Notes under the pieces: model-generated | The model's database searches: none | Seen by the model: only the letters and a program-made list of their open reading frames with translations | Told to the model about the DNA's origin: nothing | NCBI GenBank assembly: GCA_000165425.1 | Contig: CT868028.1 | Coordinates: 1 to 64,000, forward strand | Length of the DNA stretch: 64,000 nt | Source: Paramecium tetraurelia | Taxonomy: Eukaryota | Reading direction: 5' to 3' | Position numbers and translations under genes: made by a program | Shown here: positions 40,214 to 54,620 of the stretch, one piece after another | Layout: every line of letters starts with the position of its first letter | Position numbering within the stretch: position 1 is the stretch's first letter

Positions 40214-43200
40214 TCAATTCATGGTAAGAATTACCACAACCCATGAACAACCTTTGAGTTACACATTGATTTAAGATTCCCGATTAACAAATTACACATA
40301 CGAGGATATCGGAGCATTCATCAATTCGTACAGTTCGAGTTCATCTTTAGGTAGCATCTAAGACAGATATATGACTTTAGCTCCTTATTAAATGCTGATA
40401 ATCTAGGTATTAAATCGATTTTCTAGTTTTCTTATAATACCAGATAGAGGTTCCATATATTTACAGATCTTCAATTAATGTTTAGACCATATAGTGATCT
40501 CCATGCCATTCGCCAAAGTTTTCTAAATTATCAACATTCATTTACCTTTTCAACTTCTCCAGGTTCGCTTTGCATGAGAAATGGAATAGCCAAATTCAAG
40601 AAGGTGTTCCTATAATTATGTCCCTTCTACAATATTTTAATTAATTCCAACGTCTACAATCCTGCAATACAGGAAGTAGTGGTAGCCATGGCTGGGATAA
40701 TCTATGAGATATATAAACTAATAATACTCTGCCTGCTTTTAATTTGGTCCACATCCAGTCCACTTATTGTATACCATAATTAAGAGCTCTTCCATTTGTA
40801 GCAGAAGTGATGAAGGACACATGATGATTCAAATCATCATCTTTTTCGAACTACTAAGGTTATGGCAAACTAGGCTCAATTTATTTCAACAAATTCCTTG
40901 CTTCATCTAGTAATTGATTGTAATTCTTGACTTCCTCTTCTTATTCAATTTAATTATTTTATTACTTCTCTGCTAAATCTTATATCTTATTCTTCTTCAA
41001 TTATTATTTGCTAAGTACCTCCACATTTATCTTAGTTAAATCATATTATTAAGGTATCTGTATTCCATAGATTTGAGCTGTGAGAATAGCAAAGTATTCA
41101 ACAAATTTATAAGCAAAGGCCCCTTGAAATTCAATTACTTATGGGGCTCTTTTTGGGGGTGACCAAAACAACTTGCCTTCTTTATTCACTGAATCTAAAG
41201 GATATGCATTGAGTAGGGCCTGAATATCAAAAACAAATAATTTCTAAAATTTCTATCTTCCTAATTCCAGACACTACTAAAATGATTTAGGGTATTTTTT
41301 GAGAATTCTTAATGCTAAATCTACAGTTTATTGTTATGGAGATGCTTCTTACATCAATTAAACTAGGGCAGTCGGTTTGCGATAGAAATACTATTCAAAC
41401 TTATCTCTAGCCCATTCTAAACAGTGGATATTATTTTCTGGAAACATCCTCAAGGTGCAGTAAGGAATATCATTATTCTATTCAGGATCCTATTTACTTG
41501 CATAACTTTCAGTTAGATTAGGAATGATTGTTTATACATGACCCTTTGTTCCTAATGTACCACTCTCAATTAAACAAATATCATTTTCAACACATTTAGA
41601 ATCTATATATAATCTTGCTTGAACATTATCTAATGCATTAGTTACGCAATTCATTTATTTATAAAATTGATTATGATATATATCTTAAGTCTCTTAACAG
41701 ACCTTATCCAATCTAGCAATAATTTTGATATCAGGATTCATCGATTTTACAACTGCAGCAGCTGTCAAACTTTTAGGTTTTCTGATATGCTTTTCTCTAA
41801 ACAAGAACTATCTACTAAGATTTGAATTCTCAATTATATCTGGATCAGTCACATATATGGCACCATTCTTACCTACACCTAAAAGAGCATAGTTTTTTAG
41901 TAATTCACACCCTATTGCACCTGCTCCTACTACAAAGACATTTGATGAATGCAGGTTTTATACACCTCCAATAGTATTAATCAAGTCTTTGTACCTAGAA
42001 TTTGTATCTTTACCAATTCCATATTTTTATAGAAATTGTTGATATTCTTATTGAATGTTGTTTAGCTCTCTTAATTTAAAAGGCAACACATCCTCAAATG
42101 ATTAGACATATGCTTAATGAATTGGTGTGTATTTCTTATTTATTGCTTTCATGGCCTCTTAGGCTGCCATACCTCCAATAAATGCACACAATGGCTAGAA
42201 TTATGTATTAATTGATAATAATATCTAGAGAGGCATTAATTCATCCCTGTAATTGTTATATACATCTTCATTAAAGTGTTCATTGAGTCTTTCATCCACT
42301 TTTTAAGACAGAATTTCATTAATAAATAGTTTGATCTTATCCAGATTCCAATCATTATTTAATTAATCTGTGCTATTTAAACAAAAATGAATCAAGGCTC
42401 GTTTAATCTCGCCTATTCTATCCAACATCCCCATATTCTCACAGAAGTAAGAGAATGAACTCAATACATTTTGAATCCTTTAGAATGATATTTTAACTAC
42501 TTGTTTTTATTGATAGGCAACTCCATGACTAATGTAATTACAAAATATTTTATCAGTAACCAACTCAAATGAATTTCTTTTTACATTTCTAATTTAAAAT
42601 TTCTAATTATATGATTCTTGTTATCCTTCTTATTATTTTACTTCTTAAATTAAGACAACGTCATTTTCATTTAAATTATGATTTTGATTCTTAAATAAAG
42701 TGACTACATTATTCTAGATACTTTCAATCAGAACTTCTGACAATTGTTCACCATCTTTATCTATGATATTGAATTCATTCCCAAAGTCTGTTACTATCCT
42801 AGCAAACACATTTCTAGTCTATGCCAAGATGACTGCCACTTTATTTTACTTAGATATTTCAGTTGATAATTTAGGATCTTGAGTTATAAATACTTAAATC
42901 TCATCCAAATTAAGTTCTTAGATACTATTTTAGAGTACATCAATTTTAACATAAGGATTCAAGTACTTTAACTTATTTAAGACTTTTGCATCTTTGCGTT
43001 GATCAATATCTTCCTGATTTAAATAGAAATTGGTTCCTAAATCAGACAATTCAACCAAAGTAGGATCATATATAATCAATCTCTTCACACCAGACAACAC
43101 GATATTCTTGGCTATTTCTAATCCCAATCCATTCAGTCCATGAATGAAAATAGTGGATTCACTTTACTTTTTAACTGCATCCAATCCAACCACTCCTATA

Positions 43201-46200
43201 TATCTACTCATCAAATTCTGTAGGTTCTAATCATTTGAGTCAAATTGTCTTTGCTGCAAAGCATCTTCATAGCTAATATCAATCTCATTCATATCTAATC
43301 CCTAAGGCATTTACATATTATTTATTTCGTCCTATTCCATCTAATCAAATTAATTTTAATTAATTGTTATTGCCTTCTTCTTCTCATCAGTTATTGTGTA
43401 AAAATCAGCGCCAATATTGAATTTTAACTTCTCTAATTCTACTTTCAATTCATCATAAACCTTGATCAATTCTTATTTGTACACACCAGGTGCTGAACCA
43501 TAGGAGCAATTATTTTAAGTATAACCATAAGTAGCAGGTAGATTAGCCTATTCGATCCAAGATTCAATTTCTTTCTTTATCAAATCCTTCCTCAAATAGA
43601 AACTCTTCTGAATGACTTCCTCAAATCCCTTTGGAGGTTTCTGTAGTTATTCAATCATTGCATATTTGATGTTTTAAACCTTAACAAAGTTGCAGTAACC
43701 TCTATTAGCCTATTCTCCATTTGAAGTACCCATTTATGACTCCCAACCAGGTTCATTAAACATGACATTCTCCCACATAACCATTGATTACACTGAGATT
43801 AAAATCTATAAGATCGTAGAAAAGTTAACTATCCAACTGTCCCCCCAAGTTCCCAAGAGACTCAGACATACCTTTCCACAATTATAGAGATTTGGATTAA
43901 ACCTCACTTTCCCATGTCCAGTTGTAGATAGTTTCATTTTTGGAGGTCTTTATGGATAGTCCTCCCCAAAATACATATCATACAGAAATGCACCATGAGC
44001 ATATGGAGTACCACTTGAACCAAAGATTATGGTTCTCATGCAATCCATTCTGTCCTAATCGTATCTTAAGAATATAGAATTGCTTGATTCCATGGGGAGG
44101 TTCTCTTCAATGCCTGAAATTTCTGATATCAGCTTTTACATTTTAATCTAATTTGGGTTGTTAGTATTTTAATAGTACTCTTTCATCACACTCAAATATT
44201 CTGGATCACTCTTGATTTCACATTTACCAACTGCCAATCTCTTCATAAATGGCCTATAAAATTAATGCATACTGATTTATTCTTAGTTTTGGTTTTGCTA
44301 ATCTTAACTTAAATATTATATAGTAATCATATTTGAGGCATACAAACAAGATTCAACATAATCGTATATTTCCATGAATTCGTTTAATTCTTCTACTTTA
44401 GAGTTGAATGTTTTAATAAACATGATTGCCCATTGATTGAAAGTTTCCAATTACCTAAACAGACTCTAGTTATCGTTTATCAAAAATAACTTTAAAGTAG
44501 TCTTACACTTGGCCAAATTCTCTACTATTTTCAGAATTTCATTAAATACTTTGGAACCTTCTAATTAAGTTATATTTATGGTTTAAAAGTACTTGATTAG
44601 AAAATTCAGAATGTGTGATTGTTATAAACATTAAATGACTGCAGAATCTTTATAATCCTAATCAAGCAATATTCGTAAACAACTCATCAGGGCTTCTAGG
44701 TTGATCTCTTATTAGCTTTACTAAATTTCAATTTGTTTCCTGGGAACATATTGTGATTATTATTATGATTATTATTATTCCTATTGAAGTTTAGAGGCAT
44801 CAAATATTTAATTCTTATAACTGATATCGCCATAGCCAATTCCTTTAGGCTTTCCCTTTTGAATTTCCTATTATTTTGGATTGGCTGTCTTCTTCGGTTC
44901 AAGTTTGAATTAGAATTGGGATTGGACATTTCGATTCAATAGATTTAAGTAAGAGTCAATTCTATTCACAATCCTAATCTAGACTTTGGTTGTAAACAAT
45001 GCTTTCTCTTTCAAATTCGGATTTTAATCCAATATGAGTGCCAATGATTAATACATCAATTCAATCACTTTATTGTATGCATCTCTGCCCTCCTTCTTAT
45101 CATTCAGAAATGCCACTGCTAATAAAAATTACAAGAACCCATCAGTTTGAATGATAGAGTAATAAAATCCATCAATTTCAGACAGGAAATGCAATTCAAT
45201 AAACAATTGCTTATAGACCTAATCTGCTTTAACTACATACAAATGCTTATTGATTTATTCCAAAATCTTCTCAATTCCGCCAATGTATGTTTAAAAGTAA
45301 CTCAAGAGAGGCTTTTATGATTAGGTCTTCAAATGAAGCTATAAGATGGGCTTATTAACTATAATGTCATTGATTTCATTCTCCTTTAATGCTTCTATAT
45401 TGATCTTTTCTTTCAACTATGTTGATAATTCTTGGACACTCAGATTGTGTGGAATGAAGTGAATTGTTTAGAACCTGAATTATGAGAGATAGTAGTTTAA
45501 TTATTGGGTGTAACTTTTATGGTCTAGTAAGTCTTAGATGCCAGTTTGTGCTATCTAATCTTTGGATTCATCAAAAGTCCAGATTTCAATTTATATCAAG
45601 TAACAATCCTATTCCATCATGGAAGCTGTGATTTGATCAATCAACAGAATTCTTTATTAGATTTTCTCGAAGGGAAATCCAAATTTACACGATTGGAAAT
45701 CTACAAAATTGATGCAAGCAATAGGCTGATTGTGATGACCTATTTATAGCATACTCTATTGAATATCCAATATCACGTGAGGCTTTTTATCTAGGGAATT
45801 CACATACCAGAAATGGTCATCTTAAACCATCAATGCATAAAAGGATTGACTATTAGATTTAGCCTAAATGTAATTGTGTTGTCTCTTATCTTAAATGATA
45901 TTGTTAATAAAACAGACCAATCTCACATTTTCATTGCCTGCCATCAAATCAAAAATAAATAATACATTATTCCTGTTATCCAATTTATCAAATAAAATCT
46001 ATGAGTCTAAATGAGGATTGTATGGGTTGAATTGATGCAGATTCACCCATGATCCCTTGTTCATTTAAGGATTGATATTCTATTCTAATGACTATTAGTA
46101 TATCTATTACAATTCTCCTAATTCCTATTACATCTAGGGAATATTTGTTTTTAATTGATCTATAACAAGCTAATTAATCTTTTCGCATTATTTCTTGGTC

Positions 46201-47525
46201 AGTAATTCGGTCGTCAGTGATTAAGAAATTGAAATCGACTTCTTTTGTGAAAGCAGGAACTTTTCAACTTGTTGCTTGCTCTCCTAAACACTTAGTCTTG
46301 GATGAAAACAAACAGGGATCAATCTAACTTATTCGCTATTAAGAATTGGGAGGATAACTCTGTAGATGAAATCGAATTTCTACTTCTCTAATAGCAATGT
46401 GAAATCATCCTATAGAATTTCAATTAGAATCTTATCGACTTAATCTATACTCACAATCCTGACTATTAAATTTACCATAGCATCAATAATTAGAGGTTCT
46501 TTGGACCATTGGGGTTGATTCAGAGATCCGAATATGGGCTATGAGAACCTAATGGAATTGTAGAGAGTTCTGTGGAAATGGTTATTGAAGAAGGTGTGGA
46601 GTATGGTTTAATTGGTGGTGAAGGCAAGAAAGAAATGTAATAGATTTATCAATTAATGATTCAAATACTACGATTGTTTCTAATCTAGTAAACTAATACA
46701 ATAAGAGGATGGAGTACCTTTCAAATATGGATGCCAGAATCGTGATGATTTCTTTGTAGATGGAAATATTTTGTGTCTGTTAAGAGAAATATGATAATGC
46801 CAAAATGTCTAATTTGTTTGGTTTCTCAAATGAAGCATCAAACAACTCATCATTTATTCTGTTTACAATTAATGTCTAAAATACTCTGGGTGATGTAGCA
46901 CTTGTAAATGGTTGTGGGGGATTGATGGTGAACATCAGAAATCTCGGCAAATATGCCTGAATCTATTAGAGTTAATCGTCGTCCTTCAAGATGAGTTTCA
47001 ATATCAATAAAACTAACTGTTAGTCACTGTTAATTGCATAGCCTATCTTATGTGTAGAGTATCCAACATGTTAAGCTAATTAGGATTAGAATTATGAATA
47101 TGAGCCTATCTCCTAAATCTGGAAGAACAATTTCAGAATCCTGGATAATTGCATGACATAATCATTTGCGATTTCTAGTCTAGCATGAGAAAATACCTTA
47201 AGATGTAAAAGCCAATTAGAATAAGTTGGCACAATAATTGAACAATCTTGCCTACCTTTCAAAGAACATAGAGAAATCGGAAAGCAGGGAAACTTCTAAT
47301 TAAGGGATATTGTTCTCTTGTAATAATAATACGAACGCAGGATCATCTCTCGTATTGGGATCTACTATCTAAACATATTATTGAGTTTAAGTGGCTTCAC
47401 ATAGTAAAGAGTGATTTACTTGATTCTACTCTTTGCAAAGCAGGTTCTATGTCCTCCTCTTATTCCATTTGCTCTTCTTTGCCACAATAATACTCTTCAT
47501 AATCTTCGTATTCATCCTACGACAT
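40214..47525 (-). CDS. Giant fusion protein: helical N-terminal region + BIRC6-like UBC (E2) + complete UBA1-like ubiquitin-activating enzyme (E1)
   Basis: [42 protein letters not shown]1: [84 protein letters not shown]; no stop between the domains. Confidence 0.93.
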
Positions 47526-47692
47526 TATTTAATATCAATTATTATAAATATAACAAATTGTTTCACTCAAATTGAGTTTAAGGAATGTTGATTCTGAAAT
47601 TAGATGAGATACTACTGCTGTTCTGAATGAGAATGGAGATATCTTGATAACTATATTAAATCTCATTATATTGATATATAAAATATTAATTT

Positions 47693-48269
47693 ATGATCGA
47701 AGTATCTCATAAGAGTTTGCAATTCCAATAAGGTCTATTTAACCAATTGAGGTTCAAGATTAGAAATGTAAGTGATGTGCCCATAACATTCAGAATCAGA
47801 TGCAACAACAACACAAATTACAAATTAGACCATTACACGGGACTCATTCAAAGTAGATAAGATTTCGAGAATTGCATTCAAAATATCGTAGCTGCTGTAA
47901 GCTCACTTGATTTTACATTAGGATATCAAATTGTTTGGCGATTAATTGGAAATTCAATATGCAGAGTTGGCAGATCCTTAGGAAGATTTGAAGGAATTTT
48001 GGAAATCTAGAAAAAGTTTGGATCACGTCATCATTGCCATCGAAGTCTTGGATGTGTAGTAATAGTAGAAGGAGACTCTGTTGGCTGAATTATAGGCAAA
48101 GTCACAATCCTTACAAAAAGAATTATAAACTATCAAATAATAATATGCTTAGGCATAGAAATCTGCTGTTGATATCAATTACTTTAATTAGTTCTAAGAG
48201 GGATTTACTGTAGGCTAATTGATGCTTGTCATCGTAATAGGCCTGTTTTTCGGTGGTATTTTTAGATGA
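47693..48269 (+). CDS. MSP-domain tail-anchored protein (VAP-like)
   Basis: FKIRNVSDVPITFRIRC..YKL..YTGLI; coiled coil; C-terminal TM LMLVIVIGLFFGGIF. Confidence 0.75.
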
Positions 48270-48292
48270 ATTTATATTAAAATACATAAATA

Positions 48293-48731
48293 TCATGATT
48301 CTTCATAAATCTTATTAAACCTTTTAACCATAGGAGAAAATATAACTTATATTTTAGAAAATATATTGTATATTTTATCTGATGAGTTACGAAATGTCAG
48401 AATAGAAATTTCTATAGAACAATCTTCTCAGAACTATAAATCCAACCACCATAAGAAAAAAGAAGAACGATCCATATACTATTGCAATGCTATAGTTATG
48501 CTATTTAGTTAATCTACTCAAAAAGAAGTCACTTTTTTGCAATGTTGATTTTTATCCGGAATAGATTTAACTTGTTTTTTGAAATTATTAACTAGTGTTG
48601 ACTATAATTAATAGATATCAATGAGTACTGATGGGAGTGGCAACAGAATTGATTTATTCTTCTGCTTGTGCCAACATATTTCTGGTTTCAATAAAATGAT
48701 GTGTCAATTCTGTACTATTGCTTTTTTTCAT
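48293..48731 (-). CDS. SEC20: Sec20-like SNARE (3' end approximate)
   Basis: ELTHHFIETRNMLAQ..STLQKSDFFLSRL..IVYGSFFFFLMVVGFIVLRRL matches the Sec20/BNIP1 pattern. Confidence 0.6.
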
Positions 48732-48787
48732 TTGTATAATAATTATATAAATTATTATATATTGGAAAACAAACATTATGTGATTAT

Positions 48788-49941
48788 TCAAAATAGCTAA
48801 GGCACTTATTTGTTGATTAATGTTTATAAGTTATAAGCATTTTATTGCCGAATGGGTGACTTGCTGGGTTTGTTCACTCTAATCTTTGAACTTGGCTTGC
48901 TCATCTATTTAAATTCATTTTCAGATTGTCTTTGCTTCTCCAACTATTGTTCTTCTTAATATTATTATAAGGTCTGTTATTTTTTGATCAAAAACTTCTC
49001 TTACCTTTCTATCAAAGTGTCTGTGTTTTTGGAAGCCAATTCTAAGGATTTCTTGTTCAATTCAGGTTGGAATGGATACGATTCAATTGATTCTTCCTTA
49101 AAAGATTGGGTTCTAAAGTTATTGCAGAAATTCCGTTTCAGAAATTCATCAAACTAATTTTATGATAATACTTTGATTTCATGATCAGTTATTTCAGTCT
49201 AAGCTCTAGTTTACCTGTTTTCAAAGAGAGAGTATTATTCTCGTCGCTTTTTGACTCTTTCCTCAAATTCAGGAGGTAACTTGTTGATATTCAATTAATA
49301 TACTTCAGGTTGTGGTTATTTGCGTTCTTGCTAATGACATTATATGTACCATAATTATATAATCTGGAAAAGACTTCTTCATTTGGTTTAGTAGGTCTTT
49401 GATCATTTTGGACTTATTCATAAAACTTTTCAAATTGCTTTTCAAATAGGTATTTCTATTCTCTTTGCTAGCCATATTTAATCAATCTATCTTCAACTGG
49501 GTCATCAAACTGCATCATTTTGGACTTTTCATTTATGCTTGGTTAGAAACTGGAGTCGTTTTGCTATCTGCTTCCTTTTTTCTCAAAGTACTATTGAGCA
49601 TGATATTTCCAACCATCAATGGGTGATAGATAATTCTAAGGTAATTTTTATATTTAAGGTTATTATGACTTTTGTTACAGACTCATCTCATTTTAATACT
49701 GCTCCTAAAATCGTTTTTGATTAACTAGATTTTTCCATTTCATTGAGTAATCATAAAAGTCCTTAGTTACCTACTAAGGAGGTTCATCTTCGATTTCATT
49801 TACTTGATCAATCAACATTTATAATTATTTTTAGTAATCAACGTCTTTTTATTTCTACTATTTTTTTAGGGCATTTTAATAGAGCTTATCATGACATTGT
49901 AATTCTGGCCCATATTCAACATACATGAAATTTTTGAACAT
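48788..49941 (-). CDS. Hypothetical coiled-coil protein
   Basis: Code-6 ORF with FQPSINEKS / FQPELNKKS and VEDRLIKYG motifs. Confidence 0.7.
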
Positions 49942-50000
49942 TGAATTTGAATTTTTAACTTATAATAATAATAATAAACATTTGTATTTAATATAAAGAA

Positions 50001-51536
50001 TCACCAACTTCTTTCATCTTCGTTTAATTATTCCATAGTAAAATATCTATCTGATATTTGTGATATCTCATTGAATTATGGTATGTATGCAAGAGTATCA
50101 TATTTTTTCTAGGCCAAATCCTCCCAAGAAATGTCGTGAAACCAAGGATGACTTTGCAATTCCTTAAAATCCATGAGAAATCCCAATCGATGTGTACTAT
50201 CATGATTTATCAATTTTTAGATGATGTCCTTACATTATGATGAACAAACTATATTTCTGGGGAAATGCACTTCACCTTTGAGAATGAGCTTCAAGGCTAT
50301 GTCGAAATTGTTGTGATAGAATGGTGTTATGCCTACCAACAATTCATAAATTAGAATGCCCAAACTATACCAATCTGACATTCTAGTTAGTTCCCCATTC
50401 TTGATGTATTCTGGGGATGAATATTCAATAGTGAAATTGATGGCTTAAGTTTTCTTGAATTCCTAGTACATTCTCAATTTGCCATATCCGAAGTCAGTTA
50501 AACATACATACCCTCTTTCGTCAATCAAAATATTCTCAGGTTTCAAATCTCCAAATATTATTCCCCTCTCATGTAGATCTGACAAAGCTATTGCTACTTA
50601 TGCAACTATTTATTTTACTTATTATTCTTGGAAATTGTTGATCTCCTTCAAGTGTTAATAGAGGTCTCCTCCCTTCACCAATTTGAATATTAAATTTACA
50701 TTACCATTGTAGAGCAAACACAGCTCCAATTCCTCTATGAATGGCAATTTCTCATAATTCTTGAGAAACAGCTCCAACAAGTCGATGTCGACTGAATTGA
50801 TGGGAACACTTTTCAGCACTGAGAATTGTTATTATTTTTCGTATTTATTGTGCAATAAGTAGATCTTGCTCAAAGATCCTGAAGCTAAGACTACTGATTT
50901 CTAATACTCCTCTAATTTGACTCGCAATCTGAGTGGGTCATTGGCAAACAGCACCATCACTTCATTTGCAGTTCCCTTACTCTTATTCATAATATTGATA
51001 TAATTTAATTGGAAATTCTCAGGGTGCAATGTGCTAATTTAACATTTCGGATGCAAACTAGTTTACTTTGATTTATCAGGAGTTTGATGATGCATACAGT
51101 ATGGCTGTAAGACCTCATCTTCTACAAAATATATTCTGATGCTATCTATATTGTGCATTTTCAAGGCAATTGCTAAGTAAAATACTAATACATCTCTATT
51201 CTCTTATGATTTGTACAATAAATCAGATTCTGTAGGTACATGTATAATAAACTCTGGACTCTTTTTTGATATTGTGACTCCAAATATTTTGTTAATTGCT
51301 ATCTTTCTTTTAATTGATTTCTTGTCTATGTTATACACAAACTCATTAGATATTGCGATCATTCTCAACTATTCATTATTCCTCTTATTGATTTTCGTAA
51401 TCATTCGAGATATGAGCATCATTTCTAAGGATGTGCATTATTTCTTAAAATACTTTTCTGCATCCAAATGATAAACGTCATTTGTATCCACTTTTATTTA
51501 TTTCAAAATATTCATTTTCATATGTTCCTAATGCAT
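50001..51536 (-). CDS. AGC-family Ser/Thr kinase with N-terminal myosin-I TH1-like (PH) domain
   Basis: [63 protein letters not shown]. Confidence 0.88.
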
Positions 51537-52133
51537 TTCAATATATTATTAAAACTAATTATTTTATACAAATAAATAACACTAATTCAAATACATCATA
51601 ACAAATCATTAGATATATCAAGTGTTTAACTTTATATGTGATATTATCAATTATCATTTGATTATCTGTTTAATATTCCGAAAACTCAATTATTATTATT
51701 GATCAGAATAATAAATCATAAATTTTAATAACAAATTGTATACATTCTCTATTCCTAAATACTGCTATTAGATTAATTTCTCTACTTTAAGATTACTTAA
51801 TGATTCTTTCCAAATTCCTACTATTAATTACTAAGTCTAAATGAATGAAAAGCAAAAATAGCAAATGAATTGAGATGATTAAGTGAATCTTTAAATTATG
51901 TCTTTGTATATTTATGAAATGGCATTTCTGATATATAAAGAAAAATCATTCAGACTTGTCTTAGAATTTGATTTTCTTGTAAACTAAACTTTGATAGATT
52001 TTGATATATTCTGAAAATCATAAATACATATAAGGATTGTTATTCGTCTGTTCTATTTTGTTGGGAGTCTAAAATATACAACTATTGTTTTATTATAATT
52101 TTAATGCTCAATATAAAATAAATAATAAAATAA

Positions 52134-52526
52134 ATGAATAAAACAATCATAGTATTAATTACAATTCTTCTTATTGCACAAGGAAAAAGACACATAATAG
52201 AAAATAAGATGCATAAGAAGCAGTCATTGGAGGGAGGCATCAGTTGGGAATCCCCAGACAGCTTCCACAATGATGAAGATTATTAAAAAGCAATTGATAA
52301 GGCAAGACATGAATTCCATCAAGTGTGTCATTTATCAGTTGATGTCTCTTGGGTTAGAGTTGACAAGGTGGGTTTCTAGATTGTAGCAGGAGTGATGTGG
52401 TGGGTATGAGATCAGTTTGATTATGCACTTTAGTTAGAAGTAGAATTGAGCGATGATGAAGTGTATGAGATGAAAGTGTATTAAGAATTGGAGGGAACTT
52501 TTAAGTTAGTAGAGTGTTCCAAATGA
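52134..52526 (+). CDS. Secreted cystatin-like protease inhibitor
   Basis: Signal peptide, LEGG, QIVAG motif; 30-nt intron containing TGA. Confidence 0.85.
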
Positions 52527-52589
52527 CATATTATCCACACTATTTTAATATATTATATAATAAAATAAATTAATCGTTAAAATAAAAAA

Positions 52590-53236
52590 ATGCAGAGATC
52601 CTGGTTAGAGTAACCCCAAAGAACTTTGGACATCAATTTTGATATTAGATCCATTCGAAATTAAGTCAAGGACAGATGCGTACCAGTTCTGTAATATTAA
52701 ACAGACTCTGCACAGAAATCATTCTATTCTTATAGGTAATCGAATCGAATATCTTAGAAAAGAGAGTTTGCCGACTGTGCCATCATTCGAAAACCTATAG
52801 GCAAAAATAAGGGATTTCTCATACACTAAACTCAATCAGGCTTCATCGTTTTAACAAAGGAATCAGATAAGTGATAAATCAATCACTTACTCACCACAAA
52901 AGGCGGTGGGTCTATAAAAGAAGTAATTTTGACTACTAGAATTCAAGGATCAATAGTTCTTTGGGGAGTAGGAACAACAGCAATTACCAAAGTTCTCGAT
53001 CATAATAATCACAATCATATTAAAGCAGACCTATTGAATCAAGTTATAGGTCTCAATAGAGAAGAAATTTGAGTGACAATGTGCAGTTGAATGAGATTGT
53101 GTCTTTGAGAAATAAGATTGAGTCATCCTAGGCGAGTAGAAGTCTATTGGGAGCAAAGTAATTGATTTGATTTTATATTAGTTATGTGAGCGAATTAGTC
53201 AAATTAGCTTAGGCCATAACCAATGCACTGAAATGA
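52590..53236 (+). CDS. Hypothetical protein
   Basis: Open in code 6 after three inferred 22-25 nt introns. Confidence 0.65.
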
Positions 53237-53282
53237 TAGTTTAAATTATGATATAACTAAATGCTTATATATATTAATTTTT

Positions 53283-54587
53283 ATGAAAAACAATTAATAC
53301 AAAATTAGAGTAACACTAGATAGTACTCCTTCAACTTATTAAACTACTGAGACTGCATCTTTGTGGGAGAACTTATAACGATCTAAAGATTCACCAAGAA
53401 AATCTAAGATTAGAATTGCAAGAGACCCTCTGGAAAATGAATGTCCTCTGCAATAACCGAATCCTTTTTTATTTAATGAATAGTTAAAGCATAGTTTTAG
53501 AGACTACTTGGAAGGTTAAAAGACAGCATTAAATTTAGTAAATGAATGTAATCATATCATAAGTTCATCAACATCACATAAGATGGATTAATTAAAATTA
53601 TTTTCAAATGTGCACAAATTTAGAAGTTAATTAAAATAAAGATCCTCTGTTAGATTATCTATGATCTAGAATTCATCATAGGCTGATGATCTACTTTAAA
53701 GGAAAATTAAGATCTAGGAAAGATTTAATAAGATTCAAACTTTGATTCAATAAAGGATGTAATAAAAAAATAAAAAAGATTCACTTCTAGATGTTCAACT
53801 ATTTCGACATTTATTTGAAACTTGTGAAAAGAATGTTAATAAAATTAAATCGAAGAATCTACTATCAGAAAAGGCTGATGGAATTAGAGAATATGATCAA
53901 ATAAGGTACTCTAAGAATCCATAAGGCTCTTTGAGGATTCGTCTAAACACTGAAGAGAGTCAAAATTCATTTAATAACAATTTGAGAAGTAAGACTTTAC
54001 CAGATCAACAAACAATTCACTTAACCAAAAAGAAGGAAAGGGAGAAAATGAATGCGAAATTAACTGAATTTCTAGAACACAACCAAAATCAAGAAAAGAA
54101 TCTACTGCTCAAGGCCAAAAGAAATCTAGTTAGAGATCTAAAGAATGGTAATTAAAAATTTCATTAATTTGAACCTAATCGATATAATATCTCAGATCCC
54201 TTGAGTAAAGATGTGAAATTCTATGCTTACATGTTCATGAAACCTAAAAATGAAGATATTCTATAGGAGAAGGACCAAAAATATAAGTTCTTGTGTAAGA
54301 CTGCCCGAGTGCAAAAGAATACCTAGAAACATTACTTAACCAATTTCGATAAAATGCAATCTCATTCCAGAGAGGAGAGCTTGCAGGAAGATTCTTCATT
54401 CAACTCTATGCTTGAAATCAATATTGATAATCTTTATAAAAGAAGCACTGATTTGTAAAATACGATTCTTAATACAAAATCTGAGAAATTTGTTAAAAGA
54501 ATCAGACAATTCCAAAAAGTTCAATCCTTAACTACTTAAATAATTAAAGTGAATGAATAAAAACTATCTAATACTAAATTATTATGA
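53283..54587 (+). CDS. Hypothetical protein
   Basis: Long code-6 ORF. Confidence 0.7.
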
Positions 54588-54620
54588 CAACATTGTTACA
54601 TAAAAACATTCCTATGCTTA

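Noticed and set aside
51560..52100. Unusually long intergenic stretch, possible gene or retained IES
   Set aside because: No supportable reading frame or IES boundaries from sequence alone
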